A stretch of 64,000 nt of DNA from Callorhinchus milii (GCF_018977255.1 NW_024704743.1:103542001-103606000); one strand, 5' to 3'; shown: positions 12,700-25,074, counted from the first letter of the stretch. A program made the numbers and translations. The notes: a model not told the origin generated them from the sequence alone.

Positions 12700-13400
12700 C
12701 TCCACCTTGGCATTTTATTCGACACTCAATATCCTTTCTATCCCATATCCATGCCATGACCTGCTCTGCCTTCCCGCACCTCCGCAACATCGCCCAGATC
12801 TGCCACTGCTTCTACCCTCAGTCCGCCGAGAACTTCATCCACATATTTATTACATCTAGGCTCGACTACACCAACTCCGCAAGCTGCAGATCATCCAAAA
12901 CTCTGCAGCTTGTGTCCTCTCCTGCACCAGGCTCCGTGCCCCATCAACCCCACCCTCACTCGGCTCCACTGGCTCCCCATCTCCAAGAAGGTGAGTTCAA
13001 AATCCTCTCCTTGCTTTCAAGGCCTTGCTCTTCCTACCTCTATGAGCTGCTAACTCCGTATCAACCTGTCCACTCCATCTGCTCAGCAGGCACCGGTCTG
13101 CTCCACGTCCCCTCTTTGCCTGCCCCACCATCGGTGGTCGGGCCTTCAGCTTGTCTTCCCTCACCATTTGGAACTCAATCCCAGAATCCCTTCGCCTTGC
13201 TCCCTCCTTTGCCTCCTTCAAGGCAAGTCTCAAGATCTTCCTCTGTGACTGCGCCTTCAGCCACCCTCCTACCCCTACACTCCCTGTCCTCCACGCCCTC
13301 TGATCCCAATCCCCTGCTTGGGCCCAAATCCCTGACTGTCCAGTGCTTTGGGACATCTTCCAGACATGAAAGGCGCTATATAATTATAATTTGGTGTCAT
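12700..13400 (+). mobile_element. L2 LINE 3' fragment
   Basis: HLRNIAQI...FITSRLDYTN peptide; tail GGGACATCTTCCAGACATGAAAGGCGCTATA. Confidence 0.9.
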
Positions 13401-13717
13401 TATTGAGGGAATGGGACAAAGCAAATTGCTGTCATTATGTTGGATATATTTGTGTAATTTCAAAGAACAGTATGTTCACTGAAGGGTGAAATGTCAAGCC
13501 AGGGAACTTTTTAAAAACAATTCTTCCCTTTCAGTGAGTGTGTTTGTTTGTGTTTCAGTACGGAGAGCCCTGAGTAATTCGTTTTGGTACATGTTCATCA
13601 TCATCCAATAACGAAGGATTTAGACATTATGATTGTCTTTATTGAGCATGTGTGTTCCAAGTGCATTATCTATTTAGAAGACATTTAGATATTTATAAGA
13701 TCATTTCACAAATAAAT

Positions 13718-13910
13718 CAATGGTTCAAGCACTTGTTCGCAAGTGAGAGACCTGGGTTTTATTCCTGGCAAGGCGAAATGTTGAGCACGTTTCCTTACTC
13801 CACATGCCTCTGCTTACCTAGCAGTAGATAGGAACCCGGTTGTGAGTTGCTTGATGGATCGCTTTTCCAGGGGTAATAATTCCTTCAAAAAATTATAATA
13901 ATATTAATAA
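13718..13910 (+). mobile_element. tRNA-headed SINE (long variant), 5' half
   Basis: GCAAGTGAGAGACCTGGG...GTTTCCTTACTCCACATGCCTCTGCTTACCTAGCAGTAG. Confidence 0.8.
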
Positions 13911-13964
13911 AATGTGTTACAATTCCCTTTCAATGTTCTTCTGGTGCTAAGAGAAATGCCTTGC

Positions 13965-14300
13965 TAGCCAGCATATCCAGCTCCTCCTTAAACAAGCGGC
14001 AGATCATCCAGAACTACGCAGCCCATTTCCTCTTCTCCATAAACCCATTGCCCTTTTCCTTGCTTGGCTTGACTGGCTCAAGATCTTTGTCCGCACTCTC
14101 AATTCCTTCATGCGATCTCCATGTTTTGTGACTTCCTGCAACTTTATTGTTCCAGCTGCCCTCTTCACTCAGTAAACAATGACTTATTCATGCCTTCCAC
14201 CCAATCCACCGCACCATCATTGGTGGATGAGTTATTAGCTATTCTGCTCCTTCTCTCTGGAACTCCTTCCCAGATTTGTAGCTTCTATTGTCACTTTTAA
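13965..14300 (+). mobile_element. Old L2 fragment
   Basis: CAGATCATCCAGAACTACGCAGCC and CTCTGGAACTCCTTCCC match the L2 ORF2 end. Confidence 0.65.
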
Positions 14301-14864
14301 GATGCATTTAATGTTCCAAAAATTCTCTGCATGCCAAAAAAACATTTGCCTTAACTCGAATGACAATCCTGAACAGGTGCTTCCTAGTTGTCAATTTACC
14401 ACACAATTATCTTTTCGTTTGGTTCGATGCTTGTTTTTGTCCTTTGTACTATTTTGCAGTGTCTAATAATAATAATGTTCTACATCCTTGAAAGTTTGTC
14501 ATTGATTTTCTTGCTTTACTCATTTAGCTGTGTGCATTGATGCTCTGCAAATATTTGCATCCAGTCATAGGTATAATTCTGATTTGGAGGAATTTCACTG
14601 TCATAAAGTTTTCAGAGGCCAAAAATGTAGGATCATGCAGAATTTTGGAAATGTCTTAAAGTAAGTCTTTGACTGAATTCCATAGATATTAACTATGTGA
14701 ACTGTGGAAAATTAGCTTCTAAATTTCTGCCCATTCTTAAGGACATTATAATCCTCGGCTTTGAAATAGTGCCTTTCATTTTCACTGTAAAGTGTAGAAG
14801 TTTGGTGACCATATATTTTGAAGACGAGCATGGCTAGAAGATGAGCCCAACTATACATAGCAAT

Positions 14865-15157
14865 CTCCCACAAACAATCATGATGTAAATGACCAATTTT
14901 ATCTGGGGATTGCTAGTCAAGAAACTGGGAGAAACTTCCTTCTCTTTTCAAATAGTACCATAGGATCTTTACATCCAACCAAACAGGCAGGTGTTACCTT
15001 GGTTTAATGTCTCATCCAAAGAACAGCACCTTCAGCAATACACCACTCTCCCAGCACTGCACTCTCCCAGCACTCCCAGCTTAGACCCAACGTGGGGCCT
15101 TGAACCCACAACCTTTGACTCAGAGGCAAGAGTGCTATCAGCTGAACCAGGCTGACA
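14865..15157 (-). mobile_element. Older Deu-domain SINE
   Basis: GGTTTAATGTCTCATCCAAAG...TTGAACCCACAACC...CTCAGAGGCAAGAGTGCTA...CCAGGCTGACA. Confidence 0.85.
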
Positions 15158-16019
15158 AACGATTCATGTTTCAGGCTTTTGTGAGGTACTTACATGATTT
15201 TCTTTGTTTGTTTGCATTCCACCATATCCTTGTTTTCATCAGTTTACTGATTTTATTGAATCCCTTATGTAGGTAAAGAAAGATTAAGAGTTTTGTTCCA
15301 TTCTGTTGGCAGGTAAGCTGTGTTTGATATTTCTGGCTTCTTTTACAAAGCTTGTGGTTTGATTTTCACAAGTGCTATTTGGATATCTGCCATTCCTTGA
15401 TTTTGTTTTTCATTCTGGTGGATATTCTTGTTCATTGTATCTCTGCTTAAAGTTATGCACAATCCTTCATCTGGACTGATCTGCTGTGACATCTTGGATG
15501 TCAAAGTGCAACATAAAACTAGAACTGTTGTGCTAATGGTGTTCGCAGATTGTGAAATGCCGAAAGTGAGAAATAAGATGCTGTTAACCTTAACATGCCA
15601 GTCAGTGTGGAGACACCTTCAAAGATGAATATCTCACACAGCCAAAGTGCTTTAATTATCCCCTTTAGGTTGAACTGAAAAGTCCATTAAAGAAAATATG
15701 GAGTGGATAATTGTAGGAGAGCAAGTTGCAAGTCATTATTTTCACGTGAGGCTGTGGATGTCCTGGTGCAGTTAGTACTAGAGCAGTGCTGGTTGGGCAG
15801 GATGGTCAATTTAACTTGCAGAGAAGATGACAGCTTGGCAATAGGTGACTATCAACAGAGTCTGCAAGGCTTAAAGATTCTCCAGGTGATGTGTAAAATA
15901 CCATACAACTGGGAGAGAAACAACAAAGCACATGATAAAAGTACTCAGTGGAGAGTGAACAGTATGACAGATGGTGAAGCCCTGTGCTAAAAAAAGTTTG
16001 TGTCCCCCAGGTAAGCAAT

Positions 16020-16240
16020 GATGATGAAAGGTGCCATGGGATCTTTAGCATCCAGCTGAATAGATAGATGGGATCCTGGTTTAACATCTCATCTAAACGA
16101 TGGCACCTTCAACAATGTAGGGTTCCCTAAATACTTCCCTGGAGAATTAACTTAGATTATAACCGTAAGTCCATAGTTGAGTCTTAAATTTATAGCTTTC
16201 TAAACCAAAGGCAAGAGTGCTAGCAGCTGTACTAAGCTAA
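16020..16240 (-). mobile_element. Older Deu-domain SINE, 5' two-thirds
   Basis: GTGCCATGGGATCTTTAGCATCCAGCTGAA...GGTTTAACATCTCATCT...AGGCAAGAGTGCTA. Confidence 0.8.
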
Positions 16241-16459
16241 CATAGGCCTTTTGTAATCCTTGCTCTTTAGGGTACGGTTATGGAGTCAGCCACTACTGCA
16301 GTGCTATTCTTTCAACTACTACATCTAATAATTCTGGGATATATTCGGCAAAGAAGAAACATGGAAGCTCAAAACATTATTTTGATTATCTCATGTGAAG
16401 GTCAGTTGCAAAAAAAAACTGGTCAAATGGTGAACTGTAAATATTAAATTTTTGAAAAT

Positions 16460-16612
16460 AATAAAGAGAAAATGCTGGAAATCTATAAGAATCTGAAAGA
16501 GATAAATAGGTTAACATTTTGCATTGGATATTTCACTATTAGTCACACACAAGATTTTAATCCATGTTTCTCTTTTAGGTGCTCAATGACCTAATGTGCA
16601 TTTCAAGCACTC
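16460..16612. mobile_element. Degraded Penelope-like inverted-terminus remnant
   Basis: AAAATGCTGGAAAT ... ATTTCAAGCACT inverted ends; similar to the start of the 26951 insert. Confidence 0.45.
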
Positions 16613-17206
16613 ATTGGAAAGTACAAACAAATACTAATTGCATTTGATATAGCATATTTCATGTTAGATGGATGTCTTGAAGCACTTCACTGGATCTACT
16701 GTAAAGCGTAGTGACCATGTAATTTGTAGGTGACCGCAACTTACAAAGTTCACTGAGACAACTGAACAATGAGACCCAATGTCTCTCTGCCAGCAGTAGC
16801 TAGTCTTCCGCTGGATGCCGCTCAGGGGTATCAAATGGCTCAGATAAGAAAATGATGATGGAAATTTTGTCTTCATTAATTCATATTGCGGTGAGCTAAT
16901 ATTAAGCAGTGAATTTATCCAAATATCAAGTGTCTTACATACAGAAAAGAAACCAAACTTTTATTATTGGAATGGTTCAAGTATAAATGCTATTGTAGTT
17001 TATTAACAAAAAAAACAGTTGCATCTGTGCTTTATCAAATCATTCAAACATCCAAGTGCTTCACATGATTTTATATTAAAATGCATTTATACATTAATGA
17101 CTGGAAAGAGAACTTAGTGGTGTTGCAGAGGCAAGGTGTGACACTATACATACCACTGCCAGCATAGTTGTCGAACAACTGTGCAAACTTAAGGTAAATA
17201 AATCGC

Positions 17207-18467
17207 GGTTGGTTGATAAGGCTAAGGCAGTGGATGTTGTATATCTGGATTTCAGTAAGGCCTTTGATACAGATCCTTATGAAAGGCTGTTTTTCAGTGC
17301 CTTGGGACGTGCTCCCGACGTGAAAGGCGCTCTATAAATGGAATCTTGTTGTTGTTGTTGTTACTGAAAATAAAGAAAGCGTGAATCAGAGGAAGTATCG
17401 TCCAACAGATTCGTAATTGGCTGATAGATAGAACCCAGAAGGTGATGGTACAGGGAATGTCATCAGATTGGGGGAATATTACTGGTGGAGTTCCACAAGG
17501 GTTTGTTTTATTTAACATCTTCATAAACGATCTGGAGCTAGGAGTCACAAGCACGTTGGCTACATTTGAAGATAATACAAAGCTAATCAAGGTGGTAGAT
17601 TGCAAAGATGAACAGGATAGTTTACAGGAGGACTTGAACATTCTTGGGAATTGTTGGACATCAATGGCAGATGAAATTTAATATAGAGAAATGCAAAGTG
17701 CTTCATGTGAGGACAAAAATCCAGGAAGTGACTATAATTTAAATGGTAAGACAATAATATGTATGGAAAATGGGGATCCTGATCAATAATATTTTGAAGC
17801 TATCATAACAGAGTTTGGTTGCAGTGAGTAAGGCAAACCAGATGCTGGCCTATATCAGAAGGCCAATATTGAGCTGAATAATGCCACTTTATGAATCACT
17901 GGTGCGACCATACTTGGAATACTGTGTGCAGTTTTGGTCACTGCAATATTAAAAAAAAGATATTGCAGCGATTGAGAGGATACAGAGGAGAGCAACCAAA
18001 ATAATAGAGAGGGTGGAGGGACTGGACTACGAGGAGCAACTAGATAAACTGAGAATGTTCACACTGGAGAAAAGAAGGTTGAGGGGCGATATGATTACAA
18101 TCTTTAAGATTCTGAAGGGAATAGATAATGTAGACCATGATGAGTTGTTTCATCTTGCACTGAACATTAGAACCAGGGGACACGGCCTGTGATTAAACGG
18201 GAATAAATTCAGAACAAATCTGCAGAAACACTACTTCAATGAGCAAGTAGCAAACTTATGGAACAGGCTCCCTAGGGAAACAGTGGAAGCAGGAAATATT
18301 GTTTGTTTCAAGAACAAATTAGACAAATGTTTGCTCGAAAATAATATCTTGGGATACAGTGTATAGTTTGGGACACAACATGTCAAGCAACTGTCAGGAT
18401 GGTAGAAGGCGAACTAGATGGACATTGCTCATCTTTCGCCTAGCAAATTCTTATATTCTTATGTTCT
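17207..18467 (+). mobile_element. CR1 LINE 3' 1.2 kb (RT domain to tail), distinct subfamily
   Basis: AVDVVYLDFSKAFD, GVPQG, FNIFINDL, FEDNTKL, LEYCVQFW; tail ATTCTTAT ATTCTTAT GTTCT. Confidence 0.92.
17294..17361 (+). mobile_element. Minimal L2 tail insertion inside CR1
   Basis: CAGTGCCTTGGGACGTGCTCCCGACGTGAAAGGCGCTCTATAAATGGAATC(TTG)n splits the CR1 sequence AGGCTGTT|ACTGAAA. Confidence 0.85.
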
Positions 18468-19814
18468 CATCAAACTCTCAGCCTAAGAAGTCTATCTCTC
18501 AATACCTGGTTATTAAGCTTAATATAGGCTCCTTCACATTGGATAACATCTCAGAGCACTGTATAGTGGCAGGGTTGGAAGATGAGGAGCGGAGAAGGAG
18601 GAGTGGGAGGAGATAGGCATGCTTCAAGAGATTTGTAGATAGATAAAGTGGGGATGAGGTGGGGGGATTGAGGCAGGGAATTCCAAAGATTAGGGCCTTG
18701 AAACTAAGCTTGAAAATAAGGTGGATTTAAATAAGGAAAATAAGGTAGATTGTTGCAACTCACCTTGTGTGTAATAAAAACTTTAATTACACACCTTGAG
18801 TTCTCTAATTTGCATTTTAACAACATTGGAACCATGAAGAGCAATACTTAAAAATAATTGAACTCACTGGAAAGCAACTGAAAAGGAGAATTAATTAGTT
18901 ACCAGAAATAATCTTGATTTAAATTGTCTAAATTATGGTCAAAAAATTAAATATGAGGTGACCCAGTCCTAGCAATATTAAAAATAGATGTATTGTGATA
19001 TATACTTACCCAATAACTCTGCTACACATATATGCTATGACAGTAGTAATCCACTTCTAGCTAGAATTGCTATTGATAAACTCACAAATACAAGCTCTGA
19101 CTTGAGTTACTAATCTTGTTGATGCGTTTTTCCAAATGCAGAATGTTAGAATGTTCTTAACAAAGAAAATTGGTCACTTTCCATTAAGTTGTTAATGTTT
19201 TTGTTATACTGGTTTAGAAGCAGTGGGTATTCTGGTGGAAGTAACCAATTCATTTGTTAGTCTGTTCCCTCAACATGGTTATAAAATACAGTGCTAAGGT
19301 TAGTAAAACTATCGGTCTGAATAGCATCAGGTCTTTATCATGCCAGTGGCAGTACAATCAAACAATAACATGAAGAAATGGAAGATACCTACAAGCAAAA
19401 TTATAATTTCTTCACTTTGGTTTAAGGTTTGATTGAATAGAAGTCATGGACTCCTGCACATAGAATACCAAAGAGTTGAGATAAGGCAGATTGATTAACA
19501 GTCTCACATCATGACCTGCTTGTCCAATTACTTATCTACAGTTTCCCAGGGTAGAGCCCATAGCATCCATTACCACTTATTTAATTGTTCATCCCCCTTG
19601 TAACAGTCATTACACCTTAACATTTATTTTAAAGTCTACTTTGCATGCTAATTCCATAAGTATTTCATGAATCAAGATACATTAATTTTGCTTCAGTTAA
19701 ACTAAGCATTACACTGGGGGTAGCAACACTGAGGGTAGATTGAGTACAAAATACATATTACTGTAAATCCGGTGAAGCACTTTGAGACATCTTACATATA
19801 GTGAAAGGACTATA

Positions 19815-20085
19815 TATTGGCGGTCGGATCTTCAGCCTTTCTGCCCCTACCTTATGGAACTCCATCTCATATTCCCTTTGCCTCAATTCCTCCCTTGCCT
19901 CCTTCACGGTGTGTCTCAAAACTCTCTTCTCCGACCAAGCCTTTGGCCAGCCTCCTACCCTCCCTGCCCTCCACCCTCCCCGATCCCATCCCCCAGCTTG
20001 GGTTCAAATCATTGACTGTCCAGCGCCTTGGGACGTCCTACCAACACGAAAGGTGCTATTCAAATGTAATTTTGTATTGTATTGA
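19815..20085 (+). mobile_element. L2 LINE 3' fragment
   Basis: IGGRIFSLSAPTLWNSI peptide; tail CAGCGCCTTGGGACGTCC. Confidence 0.9.
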
Positions 20086-21609
20086 ATGATTTTATAATTA
20101 TTAGGTGTGTTTATGTGGGCTACGTGTATTTTATTTCAATTTAGCAAGTACAATGATAAGAATATTTTCATTTAATATAGGGAGGATGTCTCAACTCTTC
20201 ACAAGTTTCAATGCAAAGTATAGTGACTGTGTATTTTATATAAGAATCCTTGGATTTTATATAGCACCTGGTCACATCATTTAAACAAATCAAATCGATT
20301 CACTGGATTTCCTGGATAGTGTATTTTTATGCGAATATGATTTGTGAGAGTTTAGTAACTGTATAAATAAAGGATTGGCATCTTACCTAGCTTTAGTATG
20401 TAAGACAATTTTGTTTTAAAAATTAAATTCAGTCTTAATTTAGAAGCTCTTTTTAAGAACTGCTGAAAAATAACATCTAAATTGAGACTGAGCTTAAGAT
20501 CTTTTCCAAAATTCTGACTGATTAAAGTTTTTTTAAGCCAAATTGGTCTTATGGTGAAATTTGGGGCCTCTCATATGCAGAATTGCATGTTGCATGTATT
20601 TCTATAGATACTTATAAATGCAACAGCAAAGTAATTGCATGGAAAACGCAGCAGAATAGCACTGTGAAAATTCAACAGACTTGCTTCCTAAAGAAAACAG
20701 AACAGAATAATCCCTTCTTATCAACCTGAAACATTACTGCTTCTTAAATCATAGGGTTATTGTTGGTGTTTAATATAGAGGGGACGTTCAAGGCGCAATA
20801 ATGTCCTTAAATATCTGTCCTTAATGACAGTTTTGTGACTGAACACTCTCCCTTTTCAGAATTATTGGTTTCTCTTTCCTGCTCACGCAGAATTGGTCAC
20901 CATATTTGTTTTTAATATAGCGACTGGGACTCTGCAGCCCATGTCCTCTCCCGCACCAGGTACTGGTTCCCTATCCCCCAGTGGATCAAGTCTCTCATTC
21001 TCATGTTCAAATCCCTCCTCGCCATTGACCCTCCCTTCCTCCTCAACCTTTTACAACCAACTAACACCAGCCTGCTTGATGACCCCTTCCATCCCTATCC
21101 TAGCTGGAAAGTTAAGCAACTTAAAAAATGGTATTTGGGGGAAAATTGTGCATTAATTGCGCATTAAGGAATAACTTTTTCACAATGAAAGTTAATTTAA
21201 AGAGCCGACTGCCACTGAGTAAAAGCAATCAATTTCACTTGATGCCTCAATTGAGACATTTAATTAGAATTGGACAGATTTCCTGTTCGACTGTAGAAGA
21301 ATACAGTATTTGTGAGGCAGAAGGGAGATGTAAATGTTGTATGCTCGTTTCACATTAACATAAATAGTCAGGTTGGATGAACAGAAGGCAATTTCCATCC
21401 TCTGATTTATGTTCCTATCCTCAATCTGGAAAAGACTGAAGTGGAATATCTTCAAATAATTTGGTCGGTAATGCTGTTCCACAAAATACCGTTCTCCCAA
21501 GTCTGCTGTGGTGAATGATAGTTGCAATATGCTCTTTCTTCAGAATTAATGGCTCAGTTGGTAGCACTCTTGCCCCTGAGTTAATAGAATGTAGGTTCAA
21601 GCCCTACAT

Positions 21610-22060
21610 TCCCCGATTACCCCAGTCCTTGCCAGACTGCACTGGCTGCCTATCCCAGAGAGGATCGACTTCAAGATCCTCACCCTTGTATTCAAATCCC
21701 TCCACTCCTCTGCACCCCCCTACCTCTCTGACCTCCTCTCTCCTCAAAACAGTGCCCGTTGCCTTCATTCCTCCGGGTCTGGCCTCCTCCTTGTCCCCCG
21801 AGACCTCCGCTCCACCTTCGGCGGCCGTGCCTTCAGCCACTATGCCCCGAGGCTCTGGCACTCCCTTCCTCACTCCCTTCACCTCGCTTCCTCTCTTCCT
21901 ATTTTCAGGTCTCTGCTGAAGACCTTTCTTTTCGACTGCGCCTTTGGTCACTTTCCTCCACCTCCCCCTGGCTCGGCCCCGGGATCTGTTACTGTGAAGC
22001 GCTCTGAGACGCCGTCTGGCGTGGAGGGCACTATATAAATCCAAGTTGTTGTTATTGTTG
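21610..22060 (+). mobile_element. L2 LINE 3' fragment (subfamily B)
   Basis: LHWLPIPERIDFKIL coding; (TTG)n tail; flanked by TACAT duplication (21605-21609 and 22061-22065). Confidence 0.9.
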
Positions 22061-22101
22061 TACATCAGGACTTTGGGCCCATTACCTAAGATGACACATA
22101 T

Positions 22102-22423
22102 GGAGTCCTGTAGCTCAGTGGTTAGAGCACTCGCTTTGCAAGCGAGAGACCTGACTTCAATTCCAGGCAGGGCGAAACCTTGGGCAAGTTTCCTTACTCC
22201 ACACGCCTAATAATAATCCCACCAAAACCAAAAACAATAATAAATTGGTAATTTTCAATCGACGACTGTTTGTGGGACATTGCTGTGCGCAATTGGCGGC
22301 CGCGTTCGCCCACAAATATACGGTCAATTCACTTTACAGTATATTCTGTGAAGCGCTTTGGGACGTCCTCCCGATGTGAAAAGCGCTATATCAAATGCAA
22401 GGATTATTATTATATTATTATTA
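22102..22423 (+). mobile_element. Full-length young tRNA-Ala(TGC)-headed SINE (short variant)
   Basis: A box TAGCTCAGTGG, anticodon arm CTCGC-TTTGCAA-GCGAG, B-box-like TTCAATTCC, Deu 3' block, L2-like tail, (ATT)n; CpGs retained. Confidence 0.95.
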
Positions 22424-25074
22424 TGGGGGTGCATTACATTGTCCAAGCTGCAATCCTTCATGATGCAACATTAGATTAAGGTCCTGTCTGTTTAGGTAGT
22501 TGTACGATCCTGTGACACTATTCAAAAAGATAAGGGAGTTTCTCCTGATGACATGGCCAACAATTCTCCAGATAAAATGAGTTATTTCTCTGTGGCTATT
22601 TGGGTGACACTGCTGTATGCAAATTGGCTGCCAACTTTTTCTAAAAAATACACAGCCACTACCCTCAACAATTAAATGCTATGAAGCATTTGAGGTGTTT
22701 GGACGATGCAATAAGGCACTATAACAAATGCAAGGATTAATCTCACAGTCGTGGTACTGGTGTCTACCAATTAAAGTTGTCAAATTAAGAACAAGTTATA
22801 TCACCTCAATATTTAAGCAATTAATAGTCTATCTCAAATACTGCACAAACAAAAGATCAATCATTTTTACTGCTTAACAATGTTACGGCCACACTACCAT
22901 TGTTTAATATGGAAGAAATGCCAGTCATGATTTATTAGGCCGTACCAAAATAGGCAAACAAACTCCATAATTCCATTCAGTATTCTATCTGAAATGTTTA
23001 CAAGTAATAGGAAATTGCTTTGCATTGCTGGTAACTAATAGCAATGTATTACACATGCTTAAAAGCCAAATACCCTCAAAAATGTCTAAAATCTTTAAAT
23101 ACAAATGATATTGGAAACATATGGACATTTCAGACAATGTGTTGGCAGGCACCAAACACAATTAGAGTTGCTTGCTTTCTTGTCAACAACAATTCAATTT
23201 CTCGAACAAAGGAACGATAAATTCATGCTTAGTCATCTGTTTTCTATACTCTATTGCACCGATTATTACCACCAGAGGCCACCATTGACTTTTCCTGGTT
23301 ACAGTCTCTGCCTCCGTCAGCTACACTGTTCTCAGCACTATCTGCTGTGCGCTACCCCTGTGACCATTGCCAGATGGAAGAAAACTAGCCTACAATGCAG
23401 AACAATATGCCAGATTTTGAAAAATTGATCAATGAGGGGAAATGTATTACTTACATGTAGATTACAAAATCCAGCCACGCACAAGGCATGGCATTTATCT
23501 CTTTATCTCACTATTGTTTACTAGGTGACCAGTAAATGTCTGTACCACAGACTAAGGAAAATCCCTGGGAATGTTCTCCACCCTGTGATTTCCATTGTAC
23601 AGTTTCTTTTTCCCAAATTAGAGAGCTATCCTTTACATGTACTGAAGTCCACAACGTAAACTGAACACAATTTGTTTTGGTACTCGCCTAACATCTTTAT
23701 AACAACTTTGCAAGCATCAGTGTTTTTATTCCCTTGAACAAGTGAGGCAAAATGAGCATTAGCATTAAGAACATGAAAGTTTTGCAACAGGACAGTTTTG
23801 TAAACTCAGGATCTGACTTGTCTGATCACAAGCAAAACAAAGAAGCTTTCAGAGATGCAAATTTTTAGATAGGTCATGACTGGTATACATTTTAAAATTT
23901 CAAAAGTTTTCCTTCTGGCACAAATAGTAGTTAAGCTTATGTAATCATGGCAGGTGAGCAAGAAACGTGTTTAGTATGGGGATCACATCCTCTCTTGCCT
24001 GCTGTCTCTATTGATCAAGGCACATTTCAAACTACATCTAAGGTTTCAGTTTCCAATCAAAACGACACACTCCTTCAGAATCTGGATTGAGATTTAAGTT
24101 GCAAAGATGTTCAGGTAGATGTTAAATTAAATGAAATAAATGAAAAAAAGACAGTGTGCTGTCCAAAGGTCCTCTAAATTACTTGGCCATCCACCCTATG
24201 ACTATTGTGGGATCACCTGGCTCAAATAGCTGTTTCTTTTACCTACAAATAGTCACTATACATGAGAATAATTATCTATGAAGCACCTTGAAATATGTTG
24301 ACATGAAAAGGCACTATAAAATTGAAAGTTTCTTACTTTAAATGTGAAGAATAGTGAATTAACTACTTGGACTGCAATGTGCTACATGACAAAGCAGTGG
24401 GACACAGAATTTATTACACAATTCTCCGTGTATGAAATCATACTTCAGGGTCAAAATTGCAGCTCTTACGAAACACATTCCATCCATTCATTCATTACCC
24501 CTAACAACAAACAAGAAATACTTTGTCAGCCGGAAACCTGAAATCCAACAGATTTGGTTTTGCACGTTCCCCCCCCCCCCACCCCGTAGACATACACACA
24601 CACTTCAATTTGGGAGATGTGTTGCCCCCAGTTTGCAAATACAATACTTCAATTGTGCAATGAAAGAGGCAACATTACAGAATTCTTGATGATTTTCTTA
24701 TACTGTATTATCAATGGGCTTCAAGGATCTCATGATGTTTGGCCATCAGAAACACGGTTCAGCGGGAATAGAAGAAAATGACTTTTTCCTCACAATACCA
24801 ATTCATTCATCAAACAATGTGTAGTCTGGGCAATCATAGACAACCCATTTTTTTAATTACCTGAGGGACATTCACTTTTTACTTCAAAATATAATCCATT
24901 ACAACTTCATGATAATTACACAGATTTACATGTTTTACCGTGAGACTCAAAATTAAATACTGGGCTGAAAATACAACCTGGTGATGTAATAATTAACACT
25001 GATATTGCATTTTCACCCTGATTGACTTTTACAACAAAACATGTTATTCAGGCAAAAGCAGGAATTAATCCGCA

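Larger units (their letters stand above)
21550..22740 (+). mobile_element. Older Deu-domain SINE split by two younger insertions
   Basis: Head at 21550-21609, continues at 22066-22100, Deu core and tail at 22424-22740. Confidence 0.75.

Noticed and set aside
12693..13406. 237-aa ORF (also 8400-8993 and 21604-22065)
   Set aside because: Decayed L2 sequence drifting between frames, or its antisense shadow.
14571..14660. 90-nt open exon candidate ending AAA|GTAAGT
   Set aside because: The acceptor lacks a good pyrimidine tract and the peptide (YNSDLEEFHCHKVFRG...) is unrecognised; consistent with chance.
22102..22178. tRNA-Ala(TGC) genes here and at 45947, 47655 and 55744 (-)
   Set aside because: Each runs directly into SINE body and tail with no Pol III terminator; they are SINE heads.
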